Assembly: GCA_028713005.1 (NCBI GenBank) | Contig: JAQTPC010000004.1 | Coordinates: forward strand, 2,745-66,744 | Length of the DNA stretch: 64,000 nt | Direction: 5' to 3' | Source of the DNA: Minisyncoccota bacterium | Lineage (GTDB): Bacteria; Patescibacteriota; Minisyncoccia; Phycocordibacterales; PALSA-1337 | Part shown: piece after piece, positions 58,774 to 64,000 of the stretch | Layout of the letters: each line of letters begins with the position of its first letter | Numbering within the stretch: position 1 is the stretch's first letter | Program-made: the position numbers and the translations under genes | Notes under the pieces: model-generated | The model's input: the letters and a program-made list of their open reading frames with translations, nothing else | What the model was told of the DNA's origin: nothing | Database searches by the model: none

Positions 58774-58788
58774 CTAGGTCCGACCTAG
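58774..58788. repeat. 15-bp perfect palindrome CTAGGTCCGACCTAG (copy 3)
   Basis: Seen in sequence. It overlaps the rnhA stop codon and lies 71 bp upstream of the comEC start. Confidence 0.8.
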
Positions 58789-59504
58789 AAGGCGCTGAAC
58801 TCGCGAATAATACTCGCCTCATCTTCTCTGCTCAATGATTTTCTGTAACGTGTACCTTTTACGCCCTTTACCCTCTTTTCACACTCTGCCCATGTCTTAT
58901 GTGTCTCGATAACTCCGCCAACCATACTGATATATGAATAGGCTTTTGCGCTCGACTTTAATGAACTCGATTTTTTCTTTTTTAAATCCGCTTCATTATG
59001 TGAAACATTAAGAATATCAGGTAGATCATATTGAGAGAGTGCTCCTTTGTAGAGTTTAGTATCCTGTCCATCAGCAAAGCTTGTTGCTATATGATCACAA
59101 CGTTCATTGCCGAGGATGCCGATATGACCGCCGACATATTTCCATTCAACTTTTCTACCTGCAACACATGCATCCAGTCTCATCCAAAGATCTTTGTTGA
59201 GTACATCTTCTTTTGCTTTGGTGATCCACTTATTTTTCTTCCAGCCATGGATCCATTTGGTGATGCCATTGATCACATATGACGAGTCAGTGTGAACTAA
59301 AATATGAGAATCTTTTGCTGTAGATGAGATACCCTCAACACATGCCGTGAGTTCCATTCTGTTATTTGTCGTATGTTTTTCATCTCCACCTAGTTCGTTA
59401 ACCTGATCACCCGCAACTACAACAGATCCCCATCCCCCAGGACCAGGATTGCCTCTCGATGAGCCATCGGTAAAGATCGTTATTTTTGTTTCAGTGTTAT
59501 TCAT
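58785..59504 (-). CDS. rnhA: Ribonuclease HI with C-terminal hybrid-binding (Cauli_VI-like) domain
   Basis: DGSSRGNPGPGGWG, the TNNRMEL and HTDSSYVING motifs, and a C-terminal YSYISMVGGVIETHKTWAECEKRVKGVKGTRYRKSLSREDEA resembling the RNase H1 dsRHbd. Confidence 0.8.
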   Translation of the reverse strand: MNNTETKITIFTDGSSRGNPGPGGWGSVVVAGDQVNELGGDEKHTTNNRMELTACVEGISSTAKDSHILVHTDSSYVINGITKWIHGWKKNKWITKAKEDVLNKDLWMRLDACVAGRKVEWKYVGGHIGILGNERCDHIATSFADGQDTKLYKGALSQYDLPDILNVSHNEADLKKKKSSSLKSSAKAYSYISMVGGVIETHKTWAECEKRVKGVKGTRYRKSLSREDEASIIREFSAF

Positions 59505-59596
59505 GGGTATTGCTTATGGGTACTATTTTAGCATATCAGTATTAGGTAAATAAAAAGCGCACCAACCGGAGCTGGTGCGTTGTGATTAAGAAACTA

Positions 59597-60220
59597 TCAG
59601 TGATTTTTAGTGTCACTAGACGGAGATCCTGTGCGCCTAGAGATAAGTAGCAACTGTTCAATCGCATCTGAGCGCAGTCTGGCTACGCTCGCGATCATTG
59701 ATTCACGACTCGAAATAGAACCTTTCGTCCATTCATCAATAGCTGACCAAAAGACAATGCTAAAATCTTCCGCCGGCTTGACGACGGCATAGAATTCGTC
59801 ATCCTTGCCACTCAAGGAATTAATCTCAGACTTCCAACAATCAAAATAGGATTCTTCGTGAGGTGACACTGGACGAAACCAGGACCGTTGAAAATACCAA
59901 AGACCATATGTCCCACCCATCTCCGAAAGCTTGAGAAGAAATTGTTCAATGTAGATATGGTCAACCTTTCCATCTAAGCTTCTTCCTGAATTGACCAGGA
60001 TTGGAAAAGCAAAAACTCGATCCTTCACCGAAAAACTTAATGGTGCACGAATCGCACCATCGTAAAATCTCAAGTGACGGTTGACCCCTTCAATCTCCAC
60101 CGTAGGATTATTTAATATGCTGATATATTCCCGAAACGGTTTAAACGGAAGCACCTTGAGGTGAGGACGAATCATTTCACCGGCTTTTTCTAATGAGAAC
60201 TTGGACGTATCCTTACTCAT
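59597..60220 (-). CDS. Hypothetical protein
   Basis: ORF with natural-looking composition. No family recognised. Confidence 0.4.
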   Translation of the reverse strand: MSKDTSKFSLEKAGEMIRPHLKVLPFKPFREYISILNNPTVEIEGVNRHLRFYDGAIRAPLSFSVKDRVFAFPILVNSGRSLDGKVDHIYIEQFLLKLSEMGGTYGLWYFQRSWFRPVSPHEESYFDCWKSEINSLSGKDDEFYAVVKPAEDFSIVFWSAIDEWTKGSISSRESMIASVARLRSDAIEQLLLISRRTGSPSSDTKNH

Positions 60221-60335
60221 AACTTTATTCTTTCTCTTTTATTTGTTTGTGATGTTCATCATGGTTATCGAGGCGTACCCCTCAAACCAGAACCTGTTCA
60301 CAGACTACTCTTTTGAAAAGATAAGTCAAACCACC

Positions 60336-62156
60336 TTAAACAATATCAACAATCCTCAATCGCAACTCGGTCCTTCCTGCAAAGAGTGACTTCTCGATTG
60401 AAGCAATGAGATCGATGGGTTTACCAGGCACAAAATCTTTTACCCATTGTTCATTCGCCCCAAAGAAAGAAATAGCAGGAATCTTTTGACCATTTGATTT
60501 GGCAAAGCTTACTTCGACATGCTCTTTTGTTTTACCAAATATCTTGAGCGCAACGGGGGCAACTTTCTTGAAGAGAAAAACGGGCTTTGGATTATCCATG
60601 CCAAAAGGAGCGAGCTTGGCAATGTCGTTATACAAAGTCCAATTCAACTCATCCATCGAAAGTTCCATGTCGATCATTTCATCATCTGATAAAGTATTCA
60701 TTCCTCGTGACTCCTGATTTGTTTCTTGTATCTTGGTTTTTGTATCTTGGATTTTCTTCTGTGCTTCATTCAAATGCGTATCAAGGAAATGCACCTGCTC
60801 TTTGGTTACTTCAAATCCGCCCGAATGCTTGTGTCCTCCGTATTTAATGAAGACTCCTTCTGGCACACCGCGCATAATCTCGACAACGCTCGATACTCCC
60901 TCTGAACGACATGATCCTTTGAGCATACCGTCGCCATCACGGCCCCAGAGAAAAACAGGACGTCTCAATTGTTCTGCACACGTATTTGCGACAAGCCCGA
61001 GGAGTGATGGTCGCCATTCTGGATTACCGAGAACAATCGCAGCTGGAAGCAGTGACTCATCAGCACCATATCGATCATGCAAAATCTTTTTTATCTCTTT
61101 CGAGAGTGCTGCAACTACGCCTTTGCGTTCATTATTAATAGTATCCAAATGATCAGCGTATGTTCGTGCATCTTCGTCAGTTTGTGCTGACAATAGACTA
61201 AACGCATCCATTGGCAAACCCATGCGAGAAGCCGCATTGATACGTGGTGTGATCATGAAACCAATATCATCTTCAGTGAGATGCTTCTGGGGAATTTTTA
61301 GTTTTTCCAAAAGTCGTATGAGGCCTTTGCGGGGACTTTGACGCAAGACATTCAGTCCATAGTATGCAAAAACTCTATTCTCCCCTTTGAGAGAAACCAT
61401 ATCAGAAAGCGTAGCAATGCCGACCATATCAAGTAACCATTTTTCATGTCCTTCTTTCCAACCATTTTTTAAAATTGTTTGCGTTTCATTCGCGTCATTC
61501 GCATGCATTTGTAATTTGCATCGCTCTTTCTCTTTCTTTATAACCGCTTGAATAAGCTTGTACGCCACCCCAGACCCACAAAGATTCTTGTCCGGATACA
61601 GACAATCATTTTGTTTATGATCAATGATAGCGAAAGCGGGTGGCAAGAACGCCGGCGGTTCATGATGATCGGTAATGATAACTTCTATCCCCTTCTCAAC
61701 AGCACGCTCAACAGGTTTCACATCAGTGATGCCACAATCGAGAGTAATGAGTAGTTTCACTCCTTCACCGGCAAGTTGTTCAATCGCTTCAAGATTGAGT
61801 CCGAACCCTTCATTATGGCGATGCGGAATATATATAGAAAAATTCTTGTACCCAATACGTGTAAAAAAATCATTCCAAATGACAGCACCAGGGATGCCAT
61901 CAGCATCATAGTCTGAGTACACTGCTATACGTTCATCCTTTTGTATCGCGGTGATAATTCGTAAAGCGGATTTTTCCGCATCTTTCAAAAGAAAAGGATC
62001 ATGAGTGTGTAAATCATAGTCAGGTAAAATGAAAGCTTGAGCATCGGCAGCATCAGTAAAACCACGATGAAAGAGTATGTGCGAGAGTACCGGAGAAAAA
62101 GCGGCAAGCTTTGTCTGCTCGTCGTTGGTGATACTGCGTCGGATAGCGTACGGCAT
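60336..62156 (-). CDS. recJ: Single-stranded-DNA-specific exonuclease RecJ
   Basis: DHH motifs (YSDYDADGIPG, ITDHHEPP) and a DHHA1-like region. Confidence 0.85.
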   Translation of the reverse strand: MPYAIRRSITNDEQTKLAAFSPVLSHILFHRGFTDAADAQAFILPDYDLHTHDPFLLKDAEKSALRIITAIQKDERIAVYSDYDADGIPGAVIWNDFFTRIGYKNFSIYIPHRHNEGFGLNLEAIEQLAGEGVKLLITLDCGITDVKPVERAVEKGIEVIITDHHEPPAFLPPAFAIIDHKQNDCLYPDKNLCGSGVAYKLIQAVIKKEKERCKLQMHANDANETQTILKNGWKEGHEKWLLDMVGIATLSDMVSLKGENRVFAYYGLNVLRQSPRKGLIRLLEKLKIPQKHLTEDDIGFMITPRINAASRMGLPMDAFSLLSAQTDEDARTYADHLDTINNERKGVVAALSKEIKKILHDRYGADESLLPAAIVLGNPEWRPSLLGLVANTCAEQLRRPVFLWGRDGDGMLKGSCRSEGVSSVVEIMRGVPEGVFIKYGGHKHSGGFEVTKEQVHFLDTHLNEAQKKIQDTKTKIQETNQESRGMNTLSDDEMIDMELSMDELNWTLYNDIAKLAPFGMDNPKPVFLFKKVAPVALKIFGKTKEHVEVSFAKSNGQKIPAISFFGANEQWVKDFVPGKPIDLIASIEKSLFAGRTELRLRIVDIV

Positions 62157-62241
62157 AGAAAAAAGTATAGCATGTAGGTTTTTTTCACCGCATTGACGAA
62201 GCGTGATTTAATGCGTCATTTATTTGACAAATGGATAAAAA

Positions 62242-62784
62242 GTGTTATGTTTTCTGCTGGATTACTTATTTATGAACATTCCCATAACATATCGCGGAGG
62301 GTCAAAGGAGGCCCAACCGCATATCACTCAAGCCATTGAAGCACTGCCATCACATTGGAGTGAGGCAGTTCCCCCTCGGACAAGCATCGAGATCGTATCG
62401 CGCGAGCGACTACCCCATGTCGAAAATACGTGGGGCAAAACAAGCACTGTGCCGCGCTTTTGGTTTGTTAAGATGGTGAGCACTGAGCAGTTCCAGCCCA
62501 TCCGTATTTGCATCTGTCTACAGAAGATGCCGGATAAAGAGTATGCGCGTCTTTTCAAACGCGACATCCTCACAGGTATTCTGCTCAGCACCTTTACTCA
62601 AAAGCACATATACAATACCGTCAAAGAAACGCTCGACGAGTGGGTGCCTATGCGATATCAGATGGGTGCAGTAGTTGCAGAAGATCTCGCCTCATTGATC
62701 CTTGATCCCGAAGCTAACCCTCGCCTCGAACGCTTCGATAAAGAGCTGACAAAAAAGCTCAGAGAGCTTATTGCGGCAACGTAA
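62242..62784 (+). CDS. Hypothetical protein
   Basis: ORF only. Confidence 0.35.
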   Translation: MLCFLLDYLFMNIPITYRGGSKEAQPHITQAIEALPSHWSEAVPPRTSIEIVSRERLPHVENTWGKTSTVPRFWFVKMVSTEQFQPIRICICLQKMPDKEYARLFKRDILTGILLSTFTQKHIYNTVKETLDEWVPMRYQMGAVVAEDLASLILDPEANPRLERFDKELTKKLRELIAAT

Positions 62785-62856
62785 TTACAGACAGTCTTCA
62801 TCATTTGGTGAAGACTGTTTTTTATTTTGTTAATTTTCTTATGTTAAAATAACCCT

Positions 62857-63231
62857 ATGAATATAACTGATGACAACTGCATCTTCTGTAAAATAGTCAA
62901 AAAAGAAATTCCAGCGCATATAGTCTATGAGGACGATTCTTTTCTTGCTTTTCTTGATATCCGCCCTATATCTCCGGGACATACGCTCATTATTCCGAAA
63001 GATCATTACCGTTGGGTATGGGATGTACCTGAGCTTGGCTCGTATTTTGAAGTTGCGGGAAAGATTGCAAAGGCACAACAAAAATCATTTGGACAACAGA
63101 TGGTGCAGAGCAAAATCATTGGCGAAGAAGTACCTCATGCTCATATCTGGATATACCCTGCCGAAGGGACACCTGGTGACAAAAAAGATTTTGAGGCGAA
63201 TGCGGAAAAAATTCGAGATTATTTGAAATAA
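62857..63231 (+). CDS. HIT-family (histidine triad) nucleotide hydrolase
   Basis: CIFCKIV...AFLDIRPISPGHTLIIPKDH and the histidine triad HAHIWI. Confidence 0.8.
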   Translation: MNITDDNCIFCKIVKKEIPAHIVYEDDSFLAFLDIRPISPGHTLIIPKDHYRWVWDVPELGSYFEVAGKIAKAQQKSFGQQMVQSKIIGEEVPHAHIWIYPAEGTPGDKKDFEANAEKIRDYLK

Positions 63232-63235
63232 AAAG

Positions 63236-63262
63236 CACCCATACACGGGTGCTTTTTATTTA
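63236..63262. terminator. Bidirectional terminator
   Basis: AAAAGCACCCATACACGGGTGCTTTTTATTT. Confidence 0.5.
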
Positions 63263-64000
63263 AGCCTTACTATCATTTAGGGCTTCAATACCAGGCAGAG
63301 TTCCTTGGGCTAGAAAATCAAGCATTGCTCCACCGCCCGTTGAAACAAAAGTAAACTTATCTTCTATGCCAAGTTTCGATATCGCTGACAATGTATCCCC
63401 TCCTCCAATCATTGATGTAGCACCGGCAGTCGTTCGTTCAGCCACCATCTCAGCGAGTTTAATTGTCGCCTCAGTAAATCCTTTTTAAAAAAGACCAAGG
63501 GGTCCGTTCCAGAGTATGAACTGGGCACTATCGATCCTTTTCTTTAGCTCAACCATGGTCTTTGGTCCTGCATCATATATTGCATCAAAATTTCCGACTT
63601 CGCTTGCACCTTTGACTGAATGATCCTGAATAATTACATCAGCAGGAATACTTACTTGAGCCTGACTGACTACGCTCGATATATTCATGTCACCTTTTGA
63701 AACCTTCGACATGCCAACATTGAATCCTTTTGCTTTGAGGGCGTCATTGGCCAGCGCGCCACCAATGAAGATCGTATCCGCGGTCTGCAAAAACTTATGT
63801 ATCAGAGGAAGTTTGGTATCAAATTTTGCACCACCAAGGATAAAGAGGAATGGGTGAGCGGGATTGAACGCTGCGCTCAGGTTCTCTACTTCTTTCTGAA
63901 GCTGAAGACCTGCATAACTCGGCAAAAACTGCGTGATAGCACATACAGATGCATGTTCGCGATGTGAGACCGAAAAAGCATCATTTACATATATATCTGC
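63260..64000 (-). pseudogene. pgk: Phosphoglycerate kinase interrupted by a single in-frame TAA (63485-63487); 5' end beyond window
   Basis: The two ORFs (63485..63925 and 63260..63448) are in the same frame. The translation across reads ...WNGPLGLF*KGFTEATIKLAEMVAERTTAGATSMIGGGDT, and upstream YVNDAFSVSHREHAS matches PGK. The stop sits at the conserved Glu codon position. Confidence 0.55.

Overview
This 64-kb window looks like a compact, moderately AT-rich bacterial chromosome segment with strong Candidate Phyla Radiation / Patescibacteria-like signatures. rpmD (L30) is absent between rpsE and rplO. Several ribosomal proteins carry Lys/Ala/Arg-rich terminal extensions. Most genes end in their own hairpin terminators. 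Giant secreted surface proteins, type IV pilus and competence genes (pilM, comF, split comEC) are present. These are reasoned from sequence alone, with no database search run. The backbone on the minus strand is the ribosomal-protein superoperon: rpsL-rpsG-fusA ... tuf-rpsJ-rplCDWB-rpsS-rplV-rpsC-rplP-rpmC-rpsQ-rplNXE ... rpsN-rpsH-rplFR-rpsE-rplO-secY ... adk-map. It is interrupted at five places by non-ribosomal cargo. (1) A 6.2-kb terminator-bounded block between rpsN and rplE encodes an NlpC/P60 peptidase, two paralogous membrane proteins (one RDD plus pilin-like), a Pif1-family helicase and a P-loop kinase-like::CYTH fusion. (2) A terminator plus a 119-aa orphan gene sits between rplB and rpsS. 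(3) About 6.4 kb of surface-protein genes sits between tuf and fusA. (4) An opposite-strand DUF948/YtxH-like pair sits between rpsG and fusA. (5) An opposite-strand PLP transsulfuration enzyme with an attenuator-like leader sits between secY and adk. The window also holds tyrS, recG, ftsH, an smpB-ssrA (tmRNA) pair, infC-rpmI-rplT, ndk, recJ, rnhA, sod, a HIT protein, and a pgk carrying an in-frame TAA. Three tRNAs are present: two type-II Ser-like tRNAs, one of which has an apparent ACU anticodon, and an Ile-UAU-like tRNA flanked by fragments of itself and a GC-rich orphan segment. Recurrent small DNA motifs stand out. One is a perfect 15-bp palindrome CTAGGTCCGACCTAG, present three times around the split comEC/sod locus. 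Another is a GTAAACAGTAATC family at three intergenic loci. Others are TATAGCCTC palindromes at the ftsH start and an 18-bp palindrome upstream of rpsL. A candidate structured RNA closed by a perfect 10-bp helix lies in a 360-bp intergenic region.
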